From positions 1 to 37,121 of the forward strand of contig CAZYMK010000003.1 in NCBI GenBank assembly GCA_964648885.1: DNA of 37,121 bases, read 5' to 3'. Source of the stretch: an uncultured Geobacter sp. GTDB taxonomy: Bacteria; Desulfobacterota; Desulfuromonadia; Geobacterales; Pseudopelobacteraceae. Positions 1 through 9,086 of the stretch are shown here, in pieces (the first letter of the stretch is position 1; each line of letters starts with the position of its first letter). The position numbers and the translations under genes were made by a program. The notes below the pieces were generated by a model. It was given only the letters and a program-made list of their open reading frames with translations, ran no database searches and was not told the origin of the DNA.

Positions 1-179
1 CGTTTCTGGACAACAAGGGCAAACGTCAGGACGACTTCGGCTACTGCGTCTTCGGTAAGGTAATCGAGGGAATGGAAGTAGTAGATGAGATCCGTCAGGT
101 CAAGACCGGCACCAAGGCCGGCCATGGTGATGTGCCACTGGAGCCGATTACCATCATCGCTGCCAAGCTGGTGGAATAG
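1..179 (+). CDS. Cyclophilin-type peptidyl-prolyl cis-trans isomerase, 3' fragment
   Basis: Manual translation from base 3 gives FLDNKGKRQDDFGYCVFGKVIEGMEVVDEIRQVKTG...DVPLEPITI..KLVE*. The GYxVFGKVxEGMxVV motif is the cyclophilin C-terminus. Not in the ORF track because it is truncated by the window. Confidence 0.92.
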   Translation, partial: FLDNKGKRQDDFGYCVFGKVIEGMEVVDEIRQVKTGTKAGHGDVPLEPITIIAAKLVE

Positions 180-200
180 GGTCCGATACGATCTGTTGCT

Positions 201-236
201 CAACAAAGGCCGGTGATTACTCACCGGCCTTTGTTG
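201..236. terminator. Hairpin between convergent genes, probable bidirectional terminator
   Basis: Perfect 16-bp inverted repeat CAACAAAGGCCGGTGA-TTAC-TCACCGGCCTTTGTTG. Confidence 0.8.
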
Positions 237-251
237 CTACTGCAGGCTTGA

Positions 252-755
252 TCAGAACCGGAACCAGACCCCGCCCAGCAGCTGGGTCTGACGGTCATTG
301 ATCAGGCGGCGTGCCTCAACGTTCAGGGTCAGAAACGGCACCGGCAGCGAGATGTCCACACCGCCCTGCACAGTCATAGTGCCGGAATGTTCTGCACCCC
401 GATCCAGCGGATTGGCTGAGCTGATGTTGTTAACGCTGTAGTACATCACACCAACCCCGGCGTACGGCTTCACAAACGGCACCAGCGGCAGATGGGCATT
501 AGCATACCCGCCCAGCGGCATGGTGTCGGCCTTCTTGTAGTACCAGCCCTTATCGTACCGCAGGTTGGCGTACCCCAGCGATGCCCCCAGGCTGACAAAC
601 GGCATCGGCATCCAGCGGGCGGCAACCTCAACGTTGTTACCATCCTGCTCAAGGGTACGGCCATAACGGGCGCCAATGTCAAAACTGCCGGCATGGGCTG
701 CAGTGCTGAGACAGACGAGAGCCGCTGCTGCTGCAAGTACTGATCGTGTCTTCAT
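252..755 (-). CDS. Small outer-membrane beta-barrel protein (OmpW/OmpA-like barrel)
   Basis: Start moved to MKTRSV (ATGA overlap with upstream stop, AAGGAG RBS). Signal peptide ending AHA, amphipathic strands, KPYAGVG motif, C-terminal Phe (GVWFRF). Confidence 0.8.
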   Translation of the reverse strand: MKTRSVLAAAAALVCLSTAAHAGSFDIGARYGRTLEQDGNNVEVAARWMPMPFVSLGASLGYANLRYDKGWYYKKADTMPLGGYANAHLPLVPFVKPYAGVGVMYYSVNNISSANPLDRGAEHSGTMTVQGGVDISLPVPFLTLNVEARRLINDRQTQLLGGVWFRF

Positions 756-2074
756 CTCTTGTTCTCCTTTGCATGTGGTTTGTTCAGACAACGCAGCTGA
801 CGGTACAGCCCGCCCGGGGTTGCCTCAAAGGGTAGCACCGGCGCACCCAGCTGCTGCTGCAGTTCTGCCGGGGTCATATCATCCAGAAAACAGCCCTCCC
901 CTTCCTTCAGCATCACTTCTGGCACCAGAATGGTCTCGCCGGAAAGATTTCCCTGCAGCTCTGTGGCAATATCACGACCACAGACCAGACCAGCCACCGT
1001 GACACTGCTGCCGAACAGACGATTGGGGATCGCTACGACCCGCAGCCGACAGCCAGTTTTTGCGGCCAGTTCAGCCAGAAACGGTTGCACGACGTCGTAG
1101 GCTGATTCACCGGTAACGATAACGGCATCAAACGCCTGCAGCGGCCTGGCCCGCCTGAGTACTGCGGCAGCGTCCTTATGAAACCAGGGGACCATGCCAA
1201 CGCCGTTCTCCCACTGGGGTAGATCGCCATACTCCTTGAGCGCCGGAAAAGGGTAGTCGGCCTTCAGAAAAAACTCGTCTGCCAGCTGCAGAAACGGCTC
1301 CCCCAGCTGCCGGTTGAGCGTCCGCATCTTCGGCAGCCATTGATCAAGAAAAGCAGCGGCATACCCACTATCAACCGGCCTTAGCTGCGGCAGCCGTTGC
1401 CGGTGTTCGGTCAGCCCCACCGGCACCACTGCCAGTGATTGGATCGCCGGATAAAGGGCAGCCAGCCGCTGCACTGTTTCCTCCAGCAAGGCGCCGTCAT
1501 TCAGACCGGGACAGAGCACCACCTGCGTGTGCATGGCGATCCGTCCGGCGGCCAGTGCCTGCAGCTGTTCAAGGATCGGCGGAATGCCTGGTCGCCCCAG
1601 CAGCTGCTCTCTGACCTGCGGATCAACGGCATGGACCGAGATATAGAGCGGCGAGAGCCGTTGCGTGATAATCCGGCGCAGCTCTGACGGTTTCAGATTG
1701 CTGAGGGTGACGTAGGTACCCTGCAGGAAAGAGAGGCGGTAGTCTTCATCCTTAACGTACAAGGGGCGCCGCAACCCTCTGGGAAGCTGATGCACAAAAC
1801 AGAACACGCAGTTGTTACCGCAGCGTTTCGGTTCAGGAGCGGCAAACATCAGACCGGGCGGCTCACCCGGCTCCGGTTCAAGCAAGACCTGCCGGGTCTC
1901 CACCTCAGGACTGCAGACGGTCAGCTCCAGTTCATCATCATGGACCAGCCAGCTGTAGTCAATCAGATCACGCAGCCGTTGGCCGTTGATGGCCAGCAGC
2001 CGTTCACCGGTCGCAAGACCGGCGCGGTCAGCCGGTGAACCGGGCGTTACTGAGGTGATGATCAAACCGTGCAT
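752..2074 (-). CDS. PDZ + radical SAM-like DUF512 protein
   Basis: N-terminal PDZ-like (VTPGSPADRAGL), CGNNCVFC (Cx3Cx2C), QLPxGLRxxLYVKDEDYRLSF and QWENGVG motifs. Confidence 0.88.
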   Translation of the reverse strand: MHGLIITSVTPGSPADRAGLATGERLLAINGQRLRDLIDYSWLVHDDELELTVCSPEVETRQVLLEPEPGEPPGLMFAAPEPKRCGNNCVFCFVHQLPRGLRRPLYVKDEDYRLSFLQGTYVTLSNLKPSELRRIITQRLSPLYISVHAVDPQVREQLLGRPGIPPILEQLQALAAGRIAMHTQVVLCPGLNDGALLEETVQRLAALYPAIQSLAVVPVGLTEHRQRLPQLRPVDSGYAAAFLDQWLPKMRTLNRQLGEPFLQLADEFFLKADYPFPALKEYGDLPQWENGVGMVPWFHKDAAAVLRRARPLQAFDAVIVTGESAYDVVQPFLAELAAKTGCRLRVVAIPNRLFGSSVTVAGLVCGRDIATELQGNLSGETILVPEVMLKEGEGCFLDDMTPAELQQQLGAPVLPFEATPGGLYRQLRCLNKPHAKENKR

Positions 2075-2137
2075 GAACGTGAAAACGTCTGAAGACAGCG
2101 CACGGACAGTACCGGATGGTCGCTGTCCGATGGCATC

Positions 2138-2368
2138 TCAGGGGTGGTGATGGAGACGGAAAGTGCCGTCAACCGAGGTAATGGTGGCAATGGCATGCTT
2201 GTAGATCAGGATATCCCCGCCTGCATCAAGCAACACCGAAAAATTGTCAAATGACTTGATCTGCCCCTCCAGGGCCTCGCCGGACATCATCCGGACAACC
2301 ACCTTGACGCGCTCTTTGCGGGACTGATTCAGATACTGGTCCTGGATGTTGAACGGGGTCTTGGACAT
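2138..2368 (-). CDS. hfq: RNA chaperone Hfq
   Basis: NIQDQYLN...G.IKSFDNFSVLL...IYKHAI Sm motifs. Start moved to MSKTPF with AAGGAG RBS. Downstream of miaA. Confidence 0.96.
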   Translation of the reverse strand: MSKTPFNIQDQYLNQSRKERVKVVVRMMSGEALEGQIKSFDNFSVLLDAGGDILIYKHAIATITSVDGTFRLHHHP

Positions 2369-2385
2369 AGTGCATTTCTCCTTTG

Positions 2386-3303
2386 TTATCTGAAAAACGT
2401 AGTGGCCGCATCCAGAATAGTAGCAGAGTTTTCCGGATATGCAACCCACTGCAGATCAGGCTCTGCCCTGAACCAGGTCAGCTGGCGTTTGGCAAATCGG
2501 CGGGTGTTTTGCTTGATCAGCAGGGTCATCTGCTCCAGATCAAGTCCATCACGCAGATGGGCCACCACCTCCTTGTAGCCGATGGCCTGCATCGGCTTGC
2601 AGTCGGCAGGGACACCGGCTTCCAGCAACTGCTGTACCTCTGCCACCAGTCCTTCGGCCAGCATGGCGTCAACCCGCTGCTCAATAGCACGGTAGAGCTG
2701 TTCCCGGGGACGCTCAAGACAGAACTGCAGTGTCTCAAACGGCCGTTCACCGAAACGGTGCGCTGCCTGCAGCTGAGACAAGGGAGTGCCGGTTATCGTG
2801 AACACCTCCAGCGCCCTGATGATCCGGATCAGATTGTTGGGGTGCAGACGATCGGCCGTGGCAGGATCAACAGCGCAAAGCTCGGCCAAAAGCGCTGCCG
2901 GACCTTCCTGCTCTGCCCGCTGCCGCAGGGTCTGACGCAGCTGCGGATCTTCTCCCGGCGCATCGGTCAGGCCGCGCAGCAGGGTACGCAGGTAGAGACC
3001 GGTACCCCCGGCCAAGATCGGTCGTTTGCCCCGTCGGGTAATGTCATCGATTGCTGCCGTGGCAGCCAGCCGGAAGTCCGCTGCCGTAAACGACTGCAGC
3101 GGATCGCAGATATCCAGTAGATGATGGGGCACAACCGACCGCTGACCGGCGGTCGGCTTGGCGCTGCCGATGTCGAAACCGCGATAGACCGTCAGCGAAT
3201 CGACACAGACAATCTCACCATTCAGATGGTGGGCCAGCTCAAGGGCCAGGGCAGATTTACCGCAGGCAGTGGGCCCGGTGATGACCAGTAGCTGCTGCTT
3301 CAT
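2386..3303 (-). CDS. miaA: tRNA dimethylallyltransferase
   Basis: GPTACGKS P-loop, DIGSAKP, GGTGLY, AIGYKE and TRRFAKRQLTWFR motifs. Confidence 0.98.
   Translation of the reverse strand: MKQQLLVITGPTACGKSALALELAHHLNGEIVCVDSLTVYRGFDIGSAKPTAGQRSVVPHHLLDICDPLQSFTAADFRLAATAAIDDITRRGKRPILAGGTGLYLRTLLRGLTDAPGEDPQLRQTLRQRAEQEGPAALLAELCAVDPATADRLHPNNLIRIIRALEVFTITGTPLSQLQAAHRFGERPFETLQFCLERPREQLYRAIEQRVDAMLAEGLVAEVQQLLEAGVPADCKPMQAIGYKEVVAHLRDGLDLEQMTLLIKQNTRRFAKRQLTWFRAEPDLQWVAYPENSATILDAATTFFR
2417..2444 (-). promoter_or_regulatory. Possible internal sigma70 promoter for hfq within the miaA 3' end
   Basis: Minus strand reads TTGCAT-N16-TACTAT with a TG extended -10, about 50 bp upstream of the hfq start. 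Confidence 0.35.
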
Positions 3304-5075
3304 AGCCGTCCAAAGATCTTTTCCAGCTCTTTAAGCGTAATCTCATGGGAGACCGGTCGGCCGTGGGGACAGTGTGCAGAGAAATCAGTACGATCCATAG
3401 CCTGCAACAACGCCTCCATCTGCACCCGGTCAAGGTGACGGCTGCCCCGCACCACTGAGTGGCAGGCCATCCTGGACAGCAGTTCATCCCTCATCTCGTC
3501 AAAGGCCCTGCTGGTGCCCTGCTGTGCCAGTCCGGCCAGCAGATCGCGCAACAGTGATGTCGCCGCAGCCCCTGCTGCAATACGGGGCAGTGCGTTGATT
3601 CTCCAGGTCTGGCCCCCAAACGGTTCCAGCTCAAACCCCAGCGATGTCAGCAGTGCACGGTGGCTGTTCATTAGCTCCGCCTCGCTGAATGACAGTTCCA
3701 GCGTCTCCGGCAGCAGCAGCCCCTGGGACTCGATGGAGCCGTCCGTAAAGCCGGCTTTGAGCTGTTCAAAACGCACCCGTTCGTAGGCAGCGTGCTGATC
3801 AATGATCACCAGCCGGTCATCGGCCTGGCAGAGGATATAGGCAGCCCTGAACTGACCGATCACCGACATGCCGGAGAAATACCCCCTCGGATCCGGCGGC
3901 GCTGCCACGACAGCTGGAGAGGAGTAATCGCTGTTCTGTTCTCGAATCTGAGGCAGCGGTGCTGACGGTTTGGCCATAAAACGATCCAGCGCCTGTTGCA
4001 CACCACCACGGTAGTCCACCGGCCTGTGTTCTGCGGACGGTGCGGTGCCTTGCAAAACAGGTTCCCTTCTCTGCAGCCAGGGGGACTCCCGCAGGACCGC
4101 ATCAAGGCAACCAGCAATCGTGTCATGCACCTGCTGGCGATGACGGAAGCGTACTTCATGCTTGGTGGGATGCACATTTACATCCACCTCTTCCGGCGGC
4201 AGGTTGATAAACAATGCCAGCAACGGGTAGCGCCCTTTTTCAAGGATCGGCCGGAAGGCCTGCATGACGGCGTGCTGCACCACCTTGTCACGGACAAAGC
4301 GGCCGTTGATGTAGGTAAACATGGCAGCAGTAGTTGAACGGGCAGCAGCAGGCGCTGCGAGATAGCCGTTGACTGAAGCGGCAGCGGTCTCACCGGCAAC
4401 CGCGAACAGGGGGGTATCACGGGCTACCAGTTTCTGCAGCCGCTGCTGCAGGTTGCCGGGACTTACCTGCAACTGCTCACGCCCGTCATTGAGATACCGG
4501 AAGGCACGTTCCGGGCGTGACAGGGCCAGCCTCACCAGCAGATCCCCCACATGAGAGGCCTCGGTTTCGGCGCTGCGCAGAAACTTGAGCCGTGCCGGTG
4601 TATTAAAGAAAAGTTGCTCTACCGACAGCTCTGTTCCCACTGCCATGCCGCAGGCCTGGACAGACCGGATCACACCCCCTTCGGCCAGGATCTCGGTTCC
4701 TTCAAGACTGCCTGCTTCGCGGGTTTTAAGCCGTAACCGAGCCACCGAGGCGATGGAGGGGAGTGCCTCGCCACGAAACCCCAGCGAACTGATCGCCTCA
4801 AGATCCTGATCGCTGACAATCTTGCTGGTGGCATGACGCTCCAGCGCCAGCAACGCATCCTCCCGCGTCATGCCGTGGCCGTTGTCGCTGACCTTGATCA
4901 GCCTGCGCCCTCCGGCACTGATCTCCACCCTGATGTCGTCAGCACCGGCATCAAGGGCATTTTCAACCAGCTCTTTCACCACCGATGCAGGACGTTCAAC
5001 CACCTCACCGGCAGCTATCTTGTTGGCCAGGTTCTCAGAGAGTATTCTGACGTGTGGTGCCACAGGAAGCTCCAT
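3300..5075 (-). CDS. mutL: DNA mismatch repair protein MutL
   Basis: NKIAAGEVVERPASVVKELVENALDA, GFRGEAL, DVNVHPTK, and the endonuclease motifs DQHAAYER and CPHGRP. The true start may be GTG at 5063. Confidence 0.98.
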   Translation of the reverse strand: MELPVAPHVRILSENLANKIAAGEVVERPASVVKELVENALDAGADDIRVEISAGGRRLIKVSDNGHGMTREDALLALERHATSKIVSDQDLEAISSLGFRGEALPSIASVARLRLKTREAGSLEGTEILAEGGVIRSVQACGMAVGTELSVEQLFFNTPARLKFLRSAETEASHVGDLLVRLALSRPERAFRYLNDGREQLQVSPGNLQQRLQKLVARDTPLFAVAGETAAASVNGYLAAPAAARSTTAAMFTYINGRFVRDKVVQHAVMQAFRPILEKGRYPLLALFINLPPEEVDVNVHPTKHEVRFRHRQQVHDTIAGCLDAVLRESPWLQRREPVLQGTAPSAEHRPVDYRGGVQQALDRFMAKPSAPLPQIREQNSDYSSPAVVAAPPDPRGYFSGMSVIGQFRAAYILCQADDRLVIIDQHAAYERVRFEQLKAGFTDGSIESQGLLLPETLELSFSEAELMNSHRALLTSLGFELEPFGGQTWRINALPRIAAGAAATSLLRDLLAGLAQQGTSRAFDEMRDELLSRMACHSVVRGSRHLDRVQMEALLQAMDRTDFSAHCPHGRPVSHEITLKELEKIFGRL

Positions 5076-5076
5076 G

Positions 5077-5101
5077 AAAAAGAGCGGGGAAACCCCGCTC
5101 T
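5077..5101 (-). terminator. Intrinsic-terminator-like hairpin directly upstream of mutL
   Basis: AGAGCGGGG-AAA-CCCCGCTCT, followed by a T-run on the minus strand. Confidence 0.6.
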
Positions 5102-5128
5102 CAGAGAAGACCGTGCAAATTGCGCGTA

Positions 5129-5686
5129 CTACTTCTTAGTACCGTTACCCAGTTCACCGAACAGACTGTTGAAATCATCATCATCGGCCTTGCCCCCGGC
5201 CTGAGGCTGTTCAGCCTGCCCCGGCACAGGAGTGTCATCCCAGGAAAAGTTGTTCAACTCAAACCCTTGTGCTGCCTCTACTGGTGGAGGGGCCGGCGCA
5301 GCCTGCTGCGGTGTGGTCTCAAGCAGCGCGGCAAACGGATCGTCCTGAGGCGGCACCGGGGCATGGTCAAATGAGAAGGCCGCTGTTGCTGGGGTCGGCG
5401 TATCATTAAAAGCAAACGGATCAGCCGAAGTACTTGGTGCTGCTGCGGCAGTTCCGGACTGTTCTGTCGGCAGATCAAAGGCAAACATATCGCTGCCGCT
5501 TTCGTCAGCTCCTGCATCGCCTGCCTGGTGCCCCAACAACTCTGCAGCCATACTGGCCCGCACGGCGTTCGGCAATACCAGCGGGGTCAGGCCGTGGGTT
5601 TTTCTGAACTCAACCAGATCTGCCGAGCACTTCTTGCAAGCATCATAGCTCTCAAAGCTGGTATAACCACATTTGGGACATTTCAT
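5129..5686 (-). CDS. Hypothetical protein, N-terminal Zn-ribbon with acidic low-complexity tail
   Basis: CPKC...CKKC at the N-terminus, Asp/Pro/Ala-rich tail with repeated DPF/FxF motifs, GGAGGAG RBS, operonic position. Confidence 0.8.
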   Translation of the reverse strand: MKCPKCGYTSFESYDACKKCSADLVEFRKTHGLTPLVLPNAVRASMAAELLGHQAGDAGADESGSDMFAFDLPTEQSGTAAAAPSTSADPFAFNDTPTPATAAFSFDHAPVPPQDDPFAALLETTPQQAAPAPPPVEAAQGFELNNFSWDDTPVPGQAEQPQAGGKADDDDFNSLFGELGNGTKK

Positions 5687-5719
5687 GCCGGTCTCCTCCT
5701 GAATCCACCCGTTACAACG

Positions 5720-6469
5720 CTAAATATCGCCCCACTTATACTGCACAATGGCAGTCATGGCAAGGGCAGCAGTCTCCGTTCGCAGAATCCGCTCACCAAG
5801 CGTGACCGGGGTGAACCCCCAGAAGCAGAAGGCCTCGGCCTCACCCGGTTCAAAACCGCCTTCCGGACCGATGGCAATGGCTATCCGGGCCGGTCGGGCC
5901 ATCCCCTCCAACAGCTCACGCAACGGTGTCGGCACCCCCCGTTCCCAGAGCAGCAGCTTCAGCTCTGCATTGGCGGCCCCGGCAGCAGCGGCAGCGGCAG
6001 AGGGATGCCAGCTGACCGCCGGCTGGTCAAACCGCTCAGACTGGCGGGCTGCCTCAGCCGTAATCCGCTGCCAGCGTTCAAGACGCCCCTGCAGCTTGTC
6101 GCCGGACAGCTTCGGCACCGAGCGGTCAGCCCGGAAAACAGAGAACTCAGAGACTCCCAGCTCAGTCCCCTTCTGCAGGATCAGCTCAATTTTCTCCCCT
6201 TTAGGCAGCCCCTGAATCACGGTAATGGAGGGCGCATCAGGAAAACGGTCCGCCTCCATGGTCTCGGTGATCCGGACAGCCGTCCATTCCTGCGAAACCT
6301 GATCGATCAGCCCCAGGTGCCGACGCCCGAGCTCATCCACCAGCATCACCTCGTCACCGGTACGCAACCGCAGTACCCGGGCAATATGGTGGTGGAGCGG
6401 ACCATCGTAGGAGGCATAACCGTCACGGATACTGCGTGAGCTGACCACAAAACGACGACGTCCGCTCAT
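5720..6469 (-). CDS. rsmE: 16S rRNA m3U1498 methyltransferase
   Basis: HIARVLRL, QKGTELGV, EAARQS, IGPEGGF and LGERILRTETA motifs. Start moved to the ATG overlapping the prmA stop. Confidence 0.97.
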   Translation of the reverse strand: MSGRRRFVVSSRSIRDGYASYDGPLHHHIARVLRLRTGDEVMLVDELGRRHLGLIDQVSQEWTAVRITETMEADRFPDAPSITVIQGLPKGEKIELILQKGTELGVSEFSVFRADRSVPKLSGDKLQGRLERWQRITAEAARQSERFDQPAVSWHPSAAAAAAGAANAELKLLLWERGVPTPLRELLEGMARPARIAIAIGPEGGFEPGEAEAFCFWGFTPVTLGERILRTETAALAMTAIVQYKWGDI

Positions 6470-7383
6470 ACGTCCCTCCGGTACTGCAGACAGCGCCATT
6501 CGCCATCACTATAAGATGCCGTAAACTGCAGCGGCAGTGCCGCATAACCGTTACGTACCAATTCTTCACGTTCCGCCAAAATACCGGAAAGGACCAGACT
6601 GCCCCCGGGGGCCAGCCGGGAGGCAAGCTCAGGCCCCAGGCGTACCAGCTCTTCAGCCAGGATATTAGCCAGGATCAGGCTGTAACCGTCTCCCAACCGG
6701 TCAAGCGGTGTTGTGCTGCAGCGCACCTGCTGCGTCACCTGATTCAGGCGGCAGTTTTCAGCCGCCACACTGACCGCCTGGGGATCGATATCAACGGCAT
6801 CGACCTGCCGTACCCCCAGCTTGGCTGCGGCAATGGCAAGAATGCCGGATCCGGTTCCCAGATCCAGCACCGGCCCGGCTGCCTGCGCATCAGGCAGAGC
6901 CGACAGGATTGATTCAAGACACTCCAGACAGAGCCTGGTGGTCTCATGTCCTCCGGTGCCAAAGGCCATCCCGGGATCAAGAATGATAACCTCGCGGTCT
7001 GTTTCCCCTTCCGGCTGCTCCCATGACGGCGTTATCAGCAGCTTACGGCCGATTTCAAGCGGCTTGAAATTGACCTTCCAGGCATCTGCCCAGTCCTCTT
7101 CACCCATTAACGTTACGGTGGGGGTTGCAGCCGCTGCAGCAACATCCAACCCGGCCAGAAAGGCGGTTATCCGGGCAAGCTGCTCGTCGATCTGACAGGG
7201 CACGGTAAAGTAGCTGGTAATGCAGGCTCGGCCGAGCGGCGGTATATCATCCTCCGAGAAGCTGTCAACGGCACGGTTTTCGGTACAGACACCGCAGCCT
7301 GAGAGTTCAGACAGAAAATCGGCAACGGGCTCCAGATAGTCCGCCTCAACCTCACAGGTAACCTGATACCATGCTGCTGCCAT
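6466..7383 (-). CDS. prmA: Ribosomal protein L11 methyltransferase
   Basis: DPGMAFGTGGHETT, LDLGTGSGIL, ANILA and LSGIL motifs. Start moved to MAAAW. Confidence 0.97.
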   Translation of the reverse strand: MAAAWYQVTCEVEADYLEPVADFLSELSGCGVCTENRAVDSFSEDDIPPLGRACITSYFTVPCQIDEQLARITAFLAGLDVAAAAATPTVTLMGEEDWADAWKVNFKPLEIGRKLLITPSWEQPEGETDREVIILDPGMAFGTGGHETTRLCLECLESILSALPDAQAAGPVLDLGTGSGILAIAAAKLGVRQVDAVDIDPQAVSVAAENCRLNQVTQQVRCSTTPLDRLGDGYSLILANILAEELVRLGPELASRLAPGGSLVLSGILAEREELVRNGYAALPLQFTASYSDGEWRCLQYRRDV

Positions 7384-7481
7384 ACTTCCCCCGTTCAATA
7401 CTGGATACACTTTAACCCCGGCAAGCCGCTGCCGAAGTGGCCAGAACCTACCAGAACGACCAGACGGTGACAACAAAAACC

Positions 7482-7510
7482 TTGACAAAGCAGGGGCTGC
7501 CGATTAGTTT
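7482..7510 (+). promoter_or_regulatory. sigma70-type promoter
   Basis: TTGACA-N17-TAGTTT in the divergent intergenic region, upstream of 7559. Confidence 0.65.
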
Positions 7511-7558
7511 TCATTAGAATTTAACCATGAGTTGTCCTGCCAAAGGATCCCGTTTATC

Positions 7559-8365
7559 ATGAAAAAAATCTACGTCTTATCAGACTCCACCGGCGAGACC
7601 GCCGAACGGGTAGTACGGGCAGCCCTCTCCCAGTTTGGCGGCAGCGATGTCAAGATTGTGCGGTTGTCGAAGGTCAACAACCAGCAGGAACTCCAGCGGG
7701 CCGTCAACACCGTCTCTTCCGATGAAGGACTGCTGGTCTACACCCTGGTTGATGCCGAGCTTGCCATTGCGGTCCACACCATTGCAGAAGAGCATGGCCT
7801 GATGGCCTTTGACCTGCTTTCGCCGCTCCTGCAAAGCCTCTCGGTCTTCCTGGGGATCGCGGCACAATCAACCCCCGGTCTGCTGCACCAGATAGACACC
7901 GACTACTTCCGCCGAATGGAGGCGGTCAATTTTACCGTCAAACATGATGACGGCCAGGAGACCAGGGGGCTTGCCAAGGCCGATCTGGTACTGGTCGGCG
8001 TATCTCGATCATCCAAAACCCCGCTTGCCATGTATCTGGCCAACAAGGGCTATAAGGTTGCCAACGTACCGCTGGTCAAAGGGATCGAACCACCGGAAGA
8101 ACTAGAGCATATCGACCCACAGCGGGTAATCGGGCTCCTGATCAGCCCCAAACGGCTGGTGGAGATCCGTACCTCACGGCTGGTTACCATGGGACAAAGC
8201 ACCCGCAACAGCTACGCCGACTATGAACAGATTGAAGACGAGATCACCTTCTGTCGCCAGTACTACCGGCGGCATCCCAGCTGGATCATTATTGATGTGA
8301 CCAATAAATCAGTTGAAGAGTCGGCCTCTGAGATACTGCGCCGTCTTGGCAGCCTGACCAACTGA
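7559..8365 (+). CDS. Pyruvate phosphate/water dikinase regulatory protein (DUF299 kinase/pyrophosphorylase)
   Basis: LSDSTGETAE, HDDG, GVSRSSKTP, ANVPLV and DVTNKSVEE motifs. Confidence 0.95.
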   Translation: MKKIYVLSDSTGETAERVVRAALSQFGGSDVKIVRLSKVNNQQELQRAVNTVSSDEGLLVYTLVDAELAIAVHTIAEEHGLMAFDLLSPLLQSLSVFLGIAAQSTPGLLHQIDTDYFRRMEAVNFTVKHDDGQETRGLAKADLVLVGVSRSSKTPLAMYLANKGYKVANVPLVKGIEPPEELEHIDPQRVIGLLISPKRLVEIRTSRLVTMGQSTRNSYADYEQIEDEITFCRQYYRRHPSWIIIDVTNKSVEESASEILRRLGSLTN

Positions 8366-8378
8366 ATCAGGAGGAACC

Positions 8379-9050
8379 ATGAAGATTCTCGTAGTGGAAG
8401 ACGAGAAAAAGGTAGCCGGTTTTATCAAACGCGGCCTTGAAGAAGAGGGGTATGAGGTGGACCTGGCCCATGATGGCGAGGAGGGGGTACGCTGCGCCCT
8501 GCAACAGCCCTACAACCTGCTGATCATGGATGTGATGATGCCCCGTAAGGATGGCCTCACCGCAGTACGTGAGCTGCGCCACGAAGGGATGCTGACCCCG
8601 GTACTGATGCTGACCTCCCAGAACAGCACTGAAGATGTGGTGGCCGGCCTCGACGCCGGTTCAGACGACTACCTGACCAAGCCGTTCATTTTTGCTGAGC
8701 TGACGGCTCGGGTACGGGCCCTGGTCCGCCGCTCAGAGCAGAGTCGCGGTGCAGAACTGCAGGTGGGAGAGCTGCGGCTTGATCCGGTTTTGCGCAAGGT
8801 ATGGAGGGGCTCACGGGAGATAGAGCTCACCATCAAGGAGTTCAATCTGCTTGAATTCCTGATGCGGCATGCCGGCACGGTCGTCACCCGGGCCATGATC
8901 GCTGAACGGGTCTGGGAACACAGCTTTGAAACCTTTACCAACATTATCGATGTCTATATCAACTATCTGCGTAAAAAAGTAGACAGCGGCAATGTGCAGA
9001 AGATGATCCAGACCGTACGCGGTCAGGGGTACATGCTGAAGGCCGACTAG
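8379..9050 (+). CDS. OmpR/CusR-family response regulator
   Basis: REC domain (VEDE, DVMMP, KPF) plus winged helix (DVYINYLRKK, TVRGQGY). No adjacent kinase. Confidence 0.93.
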   Translation: MKILVVEDEKKVAGFIKRGLEEEGYEVDLAHDGEEGVRCALQQPYNLLIMDVMMPRKDGLTAVRELRHEGMLTPVLMLTSQNSTEDVVAGLDAGSDDYLTKPFIFAELTARVRALVRRSEQSRGAELQVGELRLDPVLRKVWRGSREIELTIKEFNLLEFLMRHAGTVVTRAMIAERVWEHSFETFTNIIDVYINYLRKKVDSGNVQKMIQTVRGQGYMLKAD

Positions 9051-9086
9051 CACCTGCAGCAACCTTTTACCATGGAGGAACGACAC

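Noticed and set aside
2383-3120. 245-aa plus-strand ORF
   Set aside because: Antisense shadow of miaA with no recognisable motifs.
5528-6439. 303-aa plus-strand ORF
   Set aside because: Antisense shadow of rsmE.
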